From contig MNFJ01000164.1 of NCBI GenBank assembly GCA_001918155.1, positions 1-59,548 of the forward strand: a stretch of DNA of 59,548 bases, read 5' to 3'. Positions within the stretch are counted from its first letter, which is position 1, and each line of letters opens with the position of its first letter. Made by a program: the position numbers and the translations under genes. The notes beneath the pieces were generated by a model. It saw nothing but the letters and a program-made list of their open reading frames with translations. It was not told the origin of the DNA and ran no database searches. The DNA is from Deltaproteobacteria bacterium 13_1_40CM_4_68_19 (lineage in GTDB: Bacteria; Myxococcota; Myxococcia; Myxococcales; 40CM-4-68-19). Shown here in pieces: positions 22,139 through 31,038 of this stretch.

Positions 22139-22211
22139 CTGTCGCGCCCGCCGGAGGCGGCTCAGTCGCGACCGCCGGAGGCGGCTTAGCGACTGTGCCT
22201 TTAGGCTGTAC
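22139..22211 (+). repeat. Nested-hairpin intergenic repeat, copy A (partly duplicated unit)
   Basis: A half unit (CTGTCGC-gc-CCGCC-GGA-GGCGG) is followed by a full unit (CAGTCGC-ga-CCGCC-GGA-GGCGG-ctta-GCGACTG). The tail is TGCCTTTAGGCTGTAC. It fills the gap between the ABC ATPase stop and the next ATG. Confidence 0.6.
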
Positions 22212-22221
22212 AGATCACGAG

Positions 22222-23820
22222 ATGCGCTCTGACTGGCCAGAGCAGGCGCGCGCGCTGATCGGTCTGCGGGTGCGGCTCTGGTGGAGGCGCATCGTGCACG
22301 GCCGCCAATGGGCGCGCCTGGTGATCGGCGCGTTGGCGGCGATCATGGGAGCGTCTTTCAGCGCCTCGTTGTGCTTGCTGGCGCTCCAGACCGGACGGGA
22401 GCTGCGCCGCCGCCCGGAGCTGCTCGCGATGCGCGGCGGACCGCTCTCCCTGTTCGCCGCCTGGGTCTCGATGGTGCTCGCCGGCCGCATCTGGTTCGGG
22501 CTGGTGGCGCTGGCGCAGAGCGAATCCTTCCTCGATCCCAGGCGCTTTCGCGCGTTCCCCGTCAGCGCCCGGCTGCTCAGCGCGATCAATTTCGCCGCGC
22601 TCCTGTTCGACCCCGTCTGGCTCGTGCTCTACCCACCCCTGGTCGCGATCGCGCTCGCGATCGCGGCGCTGCCGGGAGCTCCCGCCGCCTGGGCGATGCT
22701 GATCGCCGCTGGATTGGCGGTGTGGGCCACGGCTTCCCTGCTGCACTTCGGTGCCGCCTTCGCCGCCCTGTTCGACTCGCGTCCGCTCTTCCGGCGCCTC
22801 TTTTCGGTCGCCCTGCTGCTCGCGGGATTCGCCGGTTTCCAGCTCTCCCTGGCGTTGCCCGGCCAGCGCGGGCTCGAGTCCCTCTTCGCGCTGGGACGGT
22901 GGCACGCCCTCTCCTGGACCCCGCCTGGATGGATGGCCGCCCTCGCCGAAGCGCTCTCCCACGGCCAGGCCTCGAGGGCGGTCGCGTGGGCGCTGCTGCT
23001 CTTCCTGCTCGGCGCTGCCTGCAGCGCCGGAGCGCATGCGCTCTCGCAGCGCGAACTGCTGCGGCCGCCCGAGCCCGTGCGCGTGCGTCCCGGCGCGGCG
23101 CGCGCCGCGGGATGGAGACTACCGCTGGCCCCGGGCTCGATCTCCGCGCTCTTCGAGAAGGAGGCGAAGACGGTAGTCCGGCTGGGATGGCTGCAGCTCG
23201 TCGTCGTCCCGGTCGCCTACCTCCTGCTGTCGCACGCGGTGCTTCCCGGCCCGCAGCCGCTGCTCGTCGCCGCCGTCTACGCCCATCTCGGCGTGCTGGA
23301 GATCGCCACCAACGCGTTCGGCCGTGATCGGGATGCCGCGCGCGCCTGGTTCCTCTGGCCGATCACGCTGCGTTCGGTGCTCGCGGCGAAGAACGCCGTC
23401 GCCTGGCTGTTTTCGCTGGCCATCTTCCTGGTGCTGGCGATCGTCGCGGTATTCGGGACGCAGGTGACCGCAGGCCAGGTCCTCGTCGGCGTCCTGGCGC
23501 ACGCCGCGGTCTTCCCCCTGCTCGCGACGTTCGGCAACGTCGTCAGCGTCCTCTTTCCGGTGCCGGTGCGCGGCGCGCGGCTGCGGCGCATCCGCGGCGC
23601 CGGTCCGGTCGGCGCACGCTTTGCGGCGATGTTCCTGCTCGCCGGCGCCGCCTGGGCCCCGTACGCCATCGCGCAGGCGCTGGGAATGCCAGTCCCTGCC
23701 GCGTACGCCGGAGAGCTTCTCGCGCTGCTGCTCGCATATCCGGCGCTGCTGGGCCTGGCCTCGCGGCTTGCCGAGACGCGCCGCGAAGCGCTCCTCGGCG
23801 CCCTCGCGCGCGACGAGTGA
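22222..23820 (+). CDS. Large polytopic membrane protein, putative permease partner of the upstream ABC ATPase
   Basis: The internal ATG is at 22222 (MRSDWPEQARAL...). There are more than 10 hydrophobic segments. It lies directly downstream of an ABC ATPase. The family was not recognised with certainty. Confidence 0.7.
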   Translation: MRSDWPEQARALIGLRVRLWWRRIVHGRQWARLVIGALAAIMGASFSASLCLLALQTGRELRRRPELLAMRGGPLSLFAAWVSMVLAGRIWFGLVALAQSESFLDPRRFRAFPVSARLLSAINFAALLFDPVWLVLYPPLVAIALAIAALPGAPAAWAMLIAAGLAVWATASLLHFGAAFAALFDSRPLFRRLFSVALLLAGFAGFQLSLALPGQRGLESLFALGRWHALSWTPPGWMAALAEALSHGQASRAVAWALLLFLLGAACSAGAHALSQRELLRPPEPVRVRPGAARAAGWRLPLAPGSISALFEKEAKTVVRLGWLQLVVVPVAYLLLSHAVLPGPQPLLVAAVYAHLGVLEIATNAFGRDRDAARAWFLWPITLRSVLAAKNAVAWLFSLAIFLVLAIVAVFGTQVTAGQVLVGVLAHAAVFPLLATFGNVVSVLFPVPVRGARLRRIRGAGPVGARFAAMFLLAGAAWAPYAIAQALGMPVPAAYAGELLALLLAYPALLGLASRLAETRREALLGALARDE

Positions 23821-23826
23821 TCGCTA

Positions 23827-23859
23827 TAGTCGCGGCGGCCGAAGGCCGCTTAGCGACTA
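23827..23859 (+). repeat. Nested-hairpin intergenic repeat, copy B
   Basis: TAGTCGC-g-GCGGCC-GAA-GGCCGC-tta-GCGACTA starts 6 nt after the TGA stop, in a convergent gap. Both stems differ from copy C but stay complementary. Confidence 0.6.
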
Positions 23860-23902
23860 CGCTTGAGCCCGAACCCTGCCAGCACGGGTCATGAGATGTG
23901 TT

Positions 23903-24214
23903 CTAGTCCTTCCGATCGAGTGGCGTGCCGTCCGCGAGCGGCTCGTCGCTGCCCGGAACGTAGCTCCGGTTCTTGCGCAGGATGCCCGGACCGCCGTCCC
24001 AGCCGAAGAGGGCGAGGATGGTGTGGTAGGCGCCGACCAGGGCCATGTAGACCGCGGCGAGCGCCATCAGGGAAAAGCATCCGAGGAGCCCGTACATCCA
24101 CGGCCGCGCCGACTCCGCGGGACCACCGGAGACGCGAGCATGGACGAACCCGATCAGGCAGGTGAGCACGGCCACCGTGAGCAGGAGCGCGCCGGCGCGG
24201 AAGATCTTCGGCAT
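23903..24214 (-). CDS. Small membrane protein (2-3 TM), hypothetical
   Basis: The internal ATG is at 24214 (MPKIFRAGALLLTVAVLTCLIGF...), 2 nt after the IscA-like stop. Segments are hydrophobic and third-position GC is high. Confidence 0.55.
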   Translation of the reverse strand: MPKIFRAGALLLTVAVLTCLIGFVHARVSGGPAESARPWMYGLLGCFSLMALAAVYMALVGAYHTILALFGWDGGPGILRKNRSYVPGSDEPLADGTPLDRKD

Positions 24215-24216
24215 GA

Positions 24217-24534
24217 TCAGGTCTCGAAGCTGGCGCCACAAGAACAGGTCCTGCGGGCGCGCGGGTTTTCGAAGCGGAAGCCCGGGCCGCCGGGAAGGTC
24301 GATCACGGTCCCCTCGAGCAGCGGCGCGCTGGCGGGGTCGATCGCGATCCGCACCTCGCCGGTATCGACGACGGCGTCCTCGGGCCCTGCATCCTGGACG
24401 AAATAGAGATCGTAGGTGAGGCCGTTGCACCCGCCAGCCACCACGGCGACGCGGAGCAGCCAGTCCCGCACGTCGGCCTCCCGGGCGCGGGCGAGCACCG
24501 CCTTCGCGGCACGATCGGTGAGCGACAGGCGCAT
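24217..24534 (-). CDS. HesB/IscA-family iron-sulfur cluster insertion protein
   Basis: It is 105 aa. MRLSLTDRAAKAV...LRVAVVAGGCNGLTYDLYF...ENPRARRTCSCGASFET has the conserved Cys plus the C-terminal CxCG(x)SF signature. Confidence 0.85.
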   Translation of the reverse strand: MRLSLTDRAAKAVLARAREADVRDWLLRVAVVAGGCNGLTYDLYFVQDAGPEDAVVDTGEVRIAIDPASAPLLEGTVIDLPGGPGFRFENPRARRTCSCGASFET

Positions 24535-24545
24535 GGGCCTGCTCC

Positions 24546-25703
24546 TCAGGCTGCGTTTTCCTGCCGGAGCGCTTCCAGCTCTTCGTCCGGGATCTTCCGG
24601 AACGCTTCCACGCAGCGCGGATCGAACTGCGTGCCTCCGCAGCGCGAGATCTCCAGCCGCGCCTGGGCGAACGTGGCTGCCTTCCGATAAGGGCGATCGC
24701 TGGTCATCGCGTCCAGGGTATCCCCGATGGCGAAGATGCGCGCGCCGAGCGGGATGGCTTCTCCCCGCAGCCTGCGCGGATATCCCCCGCCGTCCCAGCG
24801 CTCCTGGTGCGCGAGCACGATCTCCGCCGCCGGCCGGAGGAATTCGATCTCCTCCAGGATCCGGGAGCCGACCTCGGGATGCCGCCGCATCTCCACCCAC
24901 TCGGCATGGGTGAGCGGACCCGGTTTCAGCAGGATGCTGTCGGGAACGCCGATCTTGCCGATGTCGTGCAGCAGGGCGCCGCGGCCGATGTCCTCCAGCT
25001 CTTGCCCGCAGATCCCCATCCGCCTGGCGATGGCGAGCGTGTAGCGCACCACCCGCTGCGAGTGATCGCTGGTCTCGTGCTCCCGGGCGTCGAGCGCATT
25101 CACCAGCGCCACCAGCGTGTTCGAGTACGACTGCGCGACCCCCGCCAGCGCGGCCGTCAACTCCGCCGTGCGCTCGCGCACCCGCCGCGCCAGACCCTGG
25201 TGATACCTTGCCCGGGCCGAGGTGAGCTTGCTCTTGCTCCAGGCGCGCTCGATGGCCCGAACCAGCTCCGTGATCCGCGGGGGCTTGAGCAGGTAGTCGG
25301 CGGCGCCGCGCTTGAGGCAATCGACCGCGCTCTCGGTATCGCCGTACCCGGTCAGCATCACGACCGCCGCATGCGGATGGCGCCGCAGTACCTCCTCCAG
25401 CAGCCAGAGCCCGTCGCGTTCGGGCATCTTCATGTCACAGAGCACGAGCGGGAGATCATCGCCGCGCAACAGCTGCAGCGCGGCATCTGCGCCGGATGCC
25501 TGCCGGACGGGATAGCCTTCTTCCTTGAGGACCGCGCAGAGCACGTCACGGACGGCCCGGTCGTCGTCCACCACCAGCACGGTGGGCGGCCTCCCCGGGG
25601 CGCCGTCGGTTTCGACAGGCGAGAGCTCGGCCGGCGTGTCGAGCGGCTGGCTGCCGAGCCGCAGCATCTCGTTGATTCCCAGCATCCGTCGGTGCGCTAG
25701 CAT
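24546..25703 (-). CDS. Response regulator with an HD-GYP phosphodiesterase output domain (RpfG-like)
   Basis: The receiver reads VLVVDDD...LVLCDMKMP...YLLKP. The HD-GYP domain reads HSQRV...ALLHDIGKIGVP...HQERWDGGGYP. The start is uncertain among ATGs at 25703, 25685 and 25666. Confidence 0.85.
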   Translation of the reverse strand: MLAHRRMLGINEMLRLGSQPLDTPAELSPVETDGAPGRPPTVLVVDDDRAVRDVLCAVLKEEGYPVRQASGADAALQLLRGDDLPLVLCDMKMPERDGLWLLEEVLRRHPHAAVVMLTGYGDTESAVDCLKRGAADYLLKPPRITELVRAIERAWSKSKLTSARARYHQGLARRVRERTAELTAALAGVAQSYSNTLVALVNALDAREHETSDHSQRVVRYTLAIARRMGICGQELEDIGRGALLHDIGKIGVPDSILLKPGPLTHAEWVEMRRHPEVGSRILEEIEFLRPAAEIVLAHQERWDGGGYPRRLRGEAIPLGARIFAIGDTLDAMTSDRPYRKAATFAQARLEISRCGGTQFDPRCVEAFRKIPDEELEALRQENAA

Positions 25704-25756
25704 CGCCGTGTAAACCACCCAAGTCAAATTGGAATTTCGGCGCCGACCACGATCGA

Positions 25757-25785
25757 TTGACACCATGCGGCAGCGGGCGTACGCC
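25757..25785 (+). promoter_or_regulatory. Candidate sigma-70-type promoter for the aldehyde dehydrogenase operon
   Basis: TTGACA-N17-TACGCC lies in the divergent gap, about 22 nt upstream of ATG 25808. Confidence 0.3.
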
Positions 25786-25807
25786 CCCACACCCTGGAGG
25801 CTTCGAC

Positions 25808-27379
25808 ATGGCAGAAGCGATCGCGGTCCCGCAGACCTCCGCGCAAGGAACGGTGACACCAGAGGGAACGCTGTCGGTGCGGGAGCCCGGCAGCGGGAAG
25901 CTCCTCGGCGAAGTGCGCGTCTCGAGCCCCGCCGACGTGCGCCACACCGTGCAGCAAGCGCGCGCCGCGCAGTCGGAATGGGCGCGCAAGCCGTTCGCGG
26001 CACGGCGCGCGGTGCTCTTGCGCTTCAAGGAGCTGCTGCTCGAGCGCGCCGGGGAGTTCTGCGATCACCTGACGCGCGAGAACGGCAAGACGCGCAACGA
26101 ATCGCTGTTCATGGAGGTGCTGCCGGTCGCGGATGCGGTGCACTGGTACGCGACGCACGCGGAGAAGGCGCTGGCCGACGAGCGGATCCCGCTGCACCTG
26201 TTCCCGCACAAGAAGTCCTACTTGCGCTTCTACCCGCGCGGAGTGATCGGCATCATCTCCCCCTGGAACTATCCGTTTTCGATCCCCACGGGCGATGCGG
26301 CCGCCGCGCTGATGGCGGGCAACGCCGTGGTGGTGAAGCCGAGCGAGTTCACCCCCATCATCCTGGAGAAGACGCGCGCGCTCTTCGAAGAGGCCGGTCT
26401 CCCGCGCGGGCTCTTCGGCGTCGTGCAGGGGAAGGGCGACGTCGGCGCCGAGCTGATCCGCAGCGGCGTCAACATGATCGTGTTCACCGGGTCGGTCGCC
26501 ACCGGCCGGAGAGTGAACGTCGCCGCCGCCGAGCAGATGATCCATTGCGTGCTGGAGCTGGGCGGCAAGGATCCGGCCATCGTGCTTCCGGACGCCGACC
26601 TGGACGCAGCGGCGAAGAAGATCTCCTGGGGCGCCTTCGCCAACTCCGGCCAGACCTGCGCCTCCGTCGAACGGGTCTACGTGCACGAGAGCGTGGTGAA
26701 GCCGTTCACGGAAAAAGTGGTGGCGCTGGCCCGGAAGCTGCGGCAAGGCGAGCCGAACCAGTACGACGTCGACGTCGGCGCGATGACCACGCAGATGCAG
26801 GTCGACATCGTCCGGCGGCACCTCGAGGACGCGCGCCAGCGCGGAGCGAAGATCCTCACCGGTGGCGAGATCCAGCTGACGCCGGACGGCGCCCGTTTCG
26901 TGCAGCCCACCGTGCTCACCGACACCACGCCGGAGATGGCGATCGTGCGGGAAGAGACGTTCGGGCCGATGCTGCCGATCATGACGTATCGGACGGAGGA
27001 GGAGGCGGTCCGGCTGGCCAACGACTCGACCTACGGCCTGTCCGCGTACGTCTTCACCAGGGATCGCTCCAAGGCCGAGCGGATCGCCAACCAGCTCGCC
27101 GCGGGCACCGTCATGCACAACGACACGCTCTACACGCACGCCGCGCCGGAGACCCCCTGGGGCGGCGTGAAGTCGAGCGGTCTCGGGCGCGTCCACGGCA
27201 AGCACGGGCTGCACGATTTCTGCGAAGTCCGCCACGTCAACCTGGAGCGGCTCAGCTTCCCCGCCTTCTGGTATTACCCGTACTCGAAGCGTGCATGGAG
27301 CATCGGACTGCGCGTCTATCGGACGGTGCTCGGCCGCGGGATCACCGGCCGCCTCAAGGCGCTGTTCGGGAAGCAGTGA
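25808..27379 (+). CDS. NAD(P)-dependent aldehyde dehydrogenase family protein
   Basis: The internal ATG gives MAEAIAV.... ALDH motifs are present: ELGGKDPAIV and the catalytic-Cys block FANSGQTCASVERVYV. Confidence 0.9.
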   Translation: MAEAIAVPQTSAQGTVTPEGTLSVREPGSGKLLGEVRVSSPADVRHTVQQARAAQSEWARKPFAARRAVLLRFKELLLERAGEFCDHLTRENGKTRNESLFMEVLPVADAVHWYATHAEKALADERIPLHLFPHKKSYLRFYPRGVIGIISPWNYPFSIPTGDAAAALMAGNAVVVKPSEFTPIILEKTRALFEEAGLPRGLFGVVQGKGDVGAELIRSGVNMIVFTGSVATGRRVNVAAAEQMIHCVLELGGKDPAIVLPDADLDAAAKKISWGAFANSGQTCASVERVYVHESVVKPFTEKVVALARKLRQGEPNQYDVDVGAMTTQMQVDIVRRHLEDARQRGAKILTGGEIQLTPDGARFVQPTVLTDTTPEMAIVREETFGPMLPIMTYRTEEEAVRLANDSTYGLSAYVFTRDRSKAERIANQLAAGTVMHNDTLYTHAAPETPWGGVKSSGLGRVHGKHGLHDFCEVRHVNLERLSFPAFWYYPYSKRAWSIGLRVYRTVLGRGITGRLKALFGKQ

Positions 27380-28254
27380 TGCGCGTCGCTTTCTGTGGGC
27401 TCGGCCGCATGGGCCGCGCGATGGCGGGAAACCTGGTGGCCGTCGGTCACGAGGTGCGGACCTGGAATCGCACTCCCGGAAGATCGCCCCCCGGAGCCCG
27501 GGAATGTCCCTCCGCGAGCGAGGCGGCGTCGGGGGTCGAAGTGGCGATCACCATGCTCGCGGACGACGCGGCGGTGGAGAGCGTCTCGCGCGAGCTTTTC
27601 GCCGCGCTGCCATCCTTCGCCGTGCATTGTGGGATGAGCACGATCTCCGTCCAGCTCTCGCGCTTGCTCTCGCAGGAGCACGCATCGCGCGGCCAGCGGT
27701 ACGTAGCGGCCCCCGTGTTCGGCCGGCCAGAAGCGGCCGAAGCGAAGAAGCTCTGGATCGTTCCGGCAGGCGACGGCGAGGCGCTGGCGCGGTGCAAGCC
27801 CCTCTTCGACGCGCTCGGCCAGGGCACCTTTCCCATGGGCGAGGCGCCCGAACGGGCGTCGCTCGCGAAGCTGTGTGGAAACTTCGTCATCGCCTCGTTG
27901 ATCGAGATGCTCGGCGAGGCGCTCACGCTCGCCGAGAAGGGCGGTCTCGATCCGGCGCGGCTGGCCGAGGCGCTGGGGAAGATCATCTTCGCGGGCGCGC
28001 CGATCGCCTCCGGGTATGCCTCGCGGATCGCCGCGACGCAGTTCGAGCCGGCTGGGTTCAGCATGCCGCTCGGTCTCAAGGACGTCTCGCTCGCCATGAA
28101 GGCGTCCGAGGAATTGCGTGCGCCGCTGCCGCTGGCCTCGTTGGTGCGCGATCACTTCCTCGCCTCGCTGGCGAAAGGGCGGCAGCAATGGGACTGGGCC
28201 GGGATCGCCGCCGTCTCGCGCGAGGAGTCCGGACTGCCGCCGCGGCGCGGTTGA
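27379..28254 (+). CDS. NAD(P)-binding 3-hydroxyisobutyrate/6-phosphogluconate dehydrogenase-like oxidoreductase
   Basis: It has a 1-nt overlap with the ALDH stop (TGATG). The Rossmann N-terminus is MRVAFCGLGRMGRAMAGNL, and a HIBADH-type C-terminal helical domain is present. Confidence 0.85.
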   Translation: MRVAFCGLGRMGRAMAGNLVAVGHEVRTWNRTPGRSPPGARECPSASEAASGVEVAITMLADDAAVESVSRELFAALPSFAVHCGMSTISVQLSRLLSQEHASRGQRYVAAPVFGRPEAAEAKKLWIVPAGDGEALARCKPLFDALGQGTFPMGEAPERASLAKLCGNFVIASLIEMLGEALTLAEKGGLDPARLAEALGKIIFAGAPIASGYASRIAATQFEPAGFSMPLGLKDVSLAMKASEELRAPLPLASLVRDHFLASLAKGRQQWDWAGIAAVSREESGLPPRRG

Positions 28255-28279
28255 CATCGCAGGTCGCGGGCGCTACCAA
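28251..28279 (+). promoter_or_regulatory. Candidate sigma-70-type promoter for lpd
   Basis: TTGACA-N17-TACCAA overlaps the upstream stop codon. The GGAGGGAGG RBS and GTG 28312 follow. Confidence 0.35.
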
Positions 28280-28311
28280 CCGCGCCTCCTCGCGCAGGAG
28301 GGAGGCGGGCA

Positions 28312-29724
28312 GTGGCGACGTACGATCTCGTGATCATCGGCAGCGGTCCCGGAGGGTACGTCTGCGCCATCCGGGCCGGCCAGAACGGCCTCAAGACGCT
28401 GGTCGTCGAGAAGGACCCGCGCGTCGGCGGCACCTGCACGCTGCGCGGGTGCATCCCGACCAAGGCGGTCCTGCACAGCGCCGACGTCTTCGACGAGGCC
28501 AAGCACGGCAGCACCGTGGGCGTGAAGGCGAACGGCGTCGAGCTGGACATGGACGGCGTGCGCAAGTTCAAGGAAGACGTCGCGAACAAGTCGAGCAAGG
28601 GAATCGACTTCCTCTTCCGCAAGAACAAGGTCGAACGCCTGCACGGGCATGGAAAGCTGGCGGGTCCGGGCAAGGTGTCGGTCACGGGGGCGGACGGCAA
28701 GGAGCAGATCGTCGAGGCGAAGCACGTCCTCATCGCCACCGGCTCGGCGCCGCGCCTGATCCCGGGGCTCACGCTCGGCCATCAAGTCATGACCAGCGAC
28801 GAGCTGCTCGAGAACACGGTCGTGCCGAAGCGGCTGATCGTGCTCGGCGCCGGCGCGGTCGGCGTGGAGTTCGCCAGCGCCTACCGCCGATTCGGAAGCG
28901 AGGTGACGGTGGTGGAGATGCTGCCCCGCCTCCTGCCCGTGGAGGACGAGGACATCTCGACCGAGTTCGAGAGGGCCTTCCGCAAGCGCGGCATCAAGTC
29001 GCTCACCAGCGCGAAGCTGGAGAACGTCGATCTGAAGGGCGATGCCCTGAAAGCGATCGTCACCACCCCCAAGGGGACGGAGGTGATCGAGGCCGACCTG
29101 TTCCTCTGCGCCGTGGGCAGGCGGCCGGTGAGCGAGAACGTCGGGTTGGAGAAGTTCCCCAACATCAAGTTGGAGCGCGGATTCGTGGTCATCGACCCGA
29201 ATACCCTGCTCACCGGGGAGAGCTGGGTCTCGGCGATCGGCGACGTCGTCGCCATCCCGGGACGGGTGCATCCCCAGCTCGCTCACCTGGCGTTCGTGGA
29301 GGGCGAGTTCGTCGCCGATCGACTGGCAGGCAAGAAGCCGCACGCCGTCAACTACGACCTGGTGCCGGGCGCGACGTATTCCGAGCCCGAGGTGGCGTCG
29401 GTCGGCCTGACCGAAAAGGCCGCGAAGGAGCGCGGCTACAAGGTGAAGATCGGGACCTTCCCGTTCTCCGCCAACGGCAAGGCGCGGATCCTCAACCTCG
29501 CCGAGGGGATGGCGAAGGTGGTGGCCGAAGAGCAATACGACGAGGTGCTCGGCGTTCACATCGTCGGCCCCCGCGCGACCGAGCTGATCTCGGACGCCTG
29601 CTCGCTCCTCCGCCTGGAGACCACCAGCGAGGAGATGCTGCACGTGATGCGCCCGCACCCGACGCTCTCCGAAGTGCTCACCGAGGCCGCTTTAGGGGTG
29701 CGCGGGAAACCAATCCACATCTAG
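28312..29724 (+). CDS. lpdA: Dihydrolipoyl dehydrogenase (E3)
   Basis: The FAD site is YDLVIIGSGPGGY, the redox disulfide is GGTCTLRGCIPTK, and the C-terminal HPTLSE dimerisation motif is present. Confidence 0.95.
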   Translation: MATYDLVIIGSGPGGYVCAIRAGQNGLKTLVVEKDPRVGGTCTLRGCIPTKAVLHSADVFDEAKHGSTVGVKANGVELDMDGVRKFKEDVANKSSKGIDFLFRKNKVERLHGHGKLAGPGKVSVTGADGKEQIVEAKHVLIATGSAPRLIPGLTLGHQVMTSDELLENTVVPKRLIVLGAGAVGVEFASAYRRFGSEVTVVEMLPRLLPVEDEDISTEFERAFRKRGIKSLTSAKLENVDLKGDALKAIVTTPKGTEVIEADLFLCAVGRRPVSENVGLEKFPNIKLERGFVVIDPNTLLTGESWVSAIGDVVAIPGRVHPQLAHLAFVEGEFVADRLAGKKPHAVNYDLVPGATYSEPEVASVGLTEKAAKERGYKVKIGTFPFSANGKARILNLAEGMAKVVAEEQYDEVLGVHIVGPRATELISDACSLLRLETTSEEMLHVMRPHPTLSEVLTEAALGVRGKPIHI

Positions 29725-29786
29725 GATCACTCTTCCGGGAAGGATGTGTTCGCCTGGCTGTTCCACCTGGGCGCGGGGAGGCTCCG

Positions 29787-30020
29787 ATGAACGAATCGCA
29801 GTCGTGGCGTCGGGGATTTGCTGCGGGATTTGCGGCACTTGTGCTGTCGGTCGGGGGTCATCTGGCGACCGAGGCGCCGGCGTCCAGGTCCTGCTCGCTG
29901 TCGCGGGGCATGCTGGCGGATCGGCTCGCCGAGCGATTCACGCCGCAGTTCGAGGCGCGCGGCATTGCGCAACGCGTCGCCCGAGCGGTGCTCGACGCGA
30001 TGCTGCACACCTGCTCATAG
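29787..30020 (+). CDS. Hypothetical small (77 aa) protein with an N-terminal hydrophobic segment
   Basis: ATG 29787 has GGGGAGG 5 nt upstream. Translation begins MNESQSWRRGFAAGFAALVLSVGGHLA.... No family was recognised, and a competing antisense ORF exists. Confidence 0.4.
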   Translation: MNESQSWRRGFAAGFAALVLSVGGHLATEAPASRSCSLSRGMLADRLAERFTPQFEARGIAQRVARAVLDAMLHTCS

Positions 30021-30067
30021 GCTGCGCTCTCGCGGTCCGCGCGGCTTTCGGTTATACCGCCGCCCTC

Positions 30068-30979
30068 ATGGGCGAATCCCTCGTCCAACTGCGCGGCGTC
30101 GCGCGCCATCCGAGGCAACCCAAGCCGGAATGGCTGAAGGTCCGCATGCCGGGCGGCGGCAGGTACGAGCACGTCAAGCGCACGCTCCGTGAGCTCAACC
30201 TCCATACCGTCTGCGAGGAAGCAAGCTGTCCCAACGTCGGCGAGTGCTGGGGCGGCGGCACCGCGACCGTGATGTTGATGGGCGATGTCTGCACCCGCGG
30301 CTGCCGGTTCTGTGACGTGAGCAGCGGCACGCCGGGTCCCCTCGACCCCCTCGAGCCGCGCCACCTGGCCGAGGCGGTAGGGCGGCTCGGGCTCGATTAC
30401 CTGGTGGTGACCAGCGTGAATCGCGACGAACTGCCGGACGGCGGCGCCTCGCATTTTGCGCAGGCGATCGTGGAGTTGCGACGCGCAGCGCCGCAGACGC
30501 TGGTCGAGGTGCTCACGCCCGATTTCCAGGGGTCGCACGAAGCGCTGCAGATGATCGTCGATGCGCGGCCGACGGTCGCGGCGCACAACCTGGAGACGGT
30601 GGAGCGGCTGACGCCGCGGGTGCGCGATCGCCGCGCGGCCTACCGCCAGTCGCTCGACGTCCTCGACTTCTACAAGCGCGGTGGGATGAGGACCAAGAGC
30701 AGCATCATGCTCGGGCTCGGCGAGAGGCACGACGAAGTCGTCCAGGCGCTGCGCGACCTGCGGGCGGTGGACTGCGACATCCTCACGCTCGGCCAGTATC
30801 TGCGTCCGAGCGAGAAGCACCTGGCGGTCGAGGAGTTCGTGCGCCCCGAAGTGTTCTCGCGGCTCGAGCGCGAGGGGCTGGCGCTCGGATTCCGCTTCGT
30901 CGCGGCAGGGCCGCTGGTGCGCTCCAGCTACAAGGCGGGCGAGTACTTCATCCAGCGGTGGGTCGGGAAGGGTTGTTGA
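30068..30979 (+). CDS. lipA: Lipoyl synthase
   Basis: The internal ATG gives MGESLVQL.... The motifs are CEEASCPNVGEC and the radical-SAM CTRGCRFC. Confidence 0.95.
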   Translation: MGESLVQLRGVARHPRQPKPEWLKVRMPGGGRYEHVKRTLRELNLHTVCEEASCPNVGECWGGGTATVMLMGDVCTRGCRFCDVSSGTPGPLDPLEPRHLAEAVGRLGLDYLVVTSVNRDELPDGGASHFAQAIVELRRAAPQTLVEVLTPDFQGSHEALQMIVDARPTVAAHNLETVERLTPRVRDRRAAYRQSLDVLDFYKRGGMRTKSSIMLGLGERHDEVVQALRDLRAVDCDILTLGQYLRPSEKHLAVEEFVRPEVFSRLEREGLALGFRFVAAGPLVRSSYKAGEYFIQRWVGKGC

Positions 30980-31038
30980 GCAGGCCGGCGACGGCGCGCC
31001 GGCGATGGTAGCGCTTTGCGAAGGAAAGGTGCCTGGGG

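Noticed and set aside
23891-24406. 171-aa plus-strand ORF starting just after repeat copy B
   Set aside because: The opposite strand encodes a coherent membrane protein and an IscA-like protein with proper spacing. The plus-strand translation is charged low-complexity sequence.
25724-29658. Long minus-strand ORFs (25724-27235, 27316-28257, 28273-29658) antisense to the ALDH, HIBADH-like and lpd genes
   Set aside because: All three plus-strand genes have textbook motifs. The antisense ORFs are high-GC artefacts.
30984-31003. GCCGGCG-acggcg-CGCCGGC hairpin after lipA as a terminator
   Set aside because: There is no T-tract, and the next gene, 35 nt downstream, is co-oriented and probably co-transcribed. 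It could be a processing or stability hairpin, but there is no support for that.
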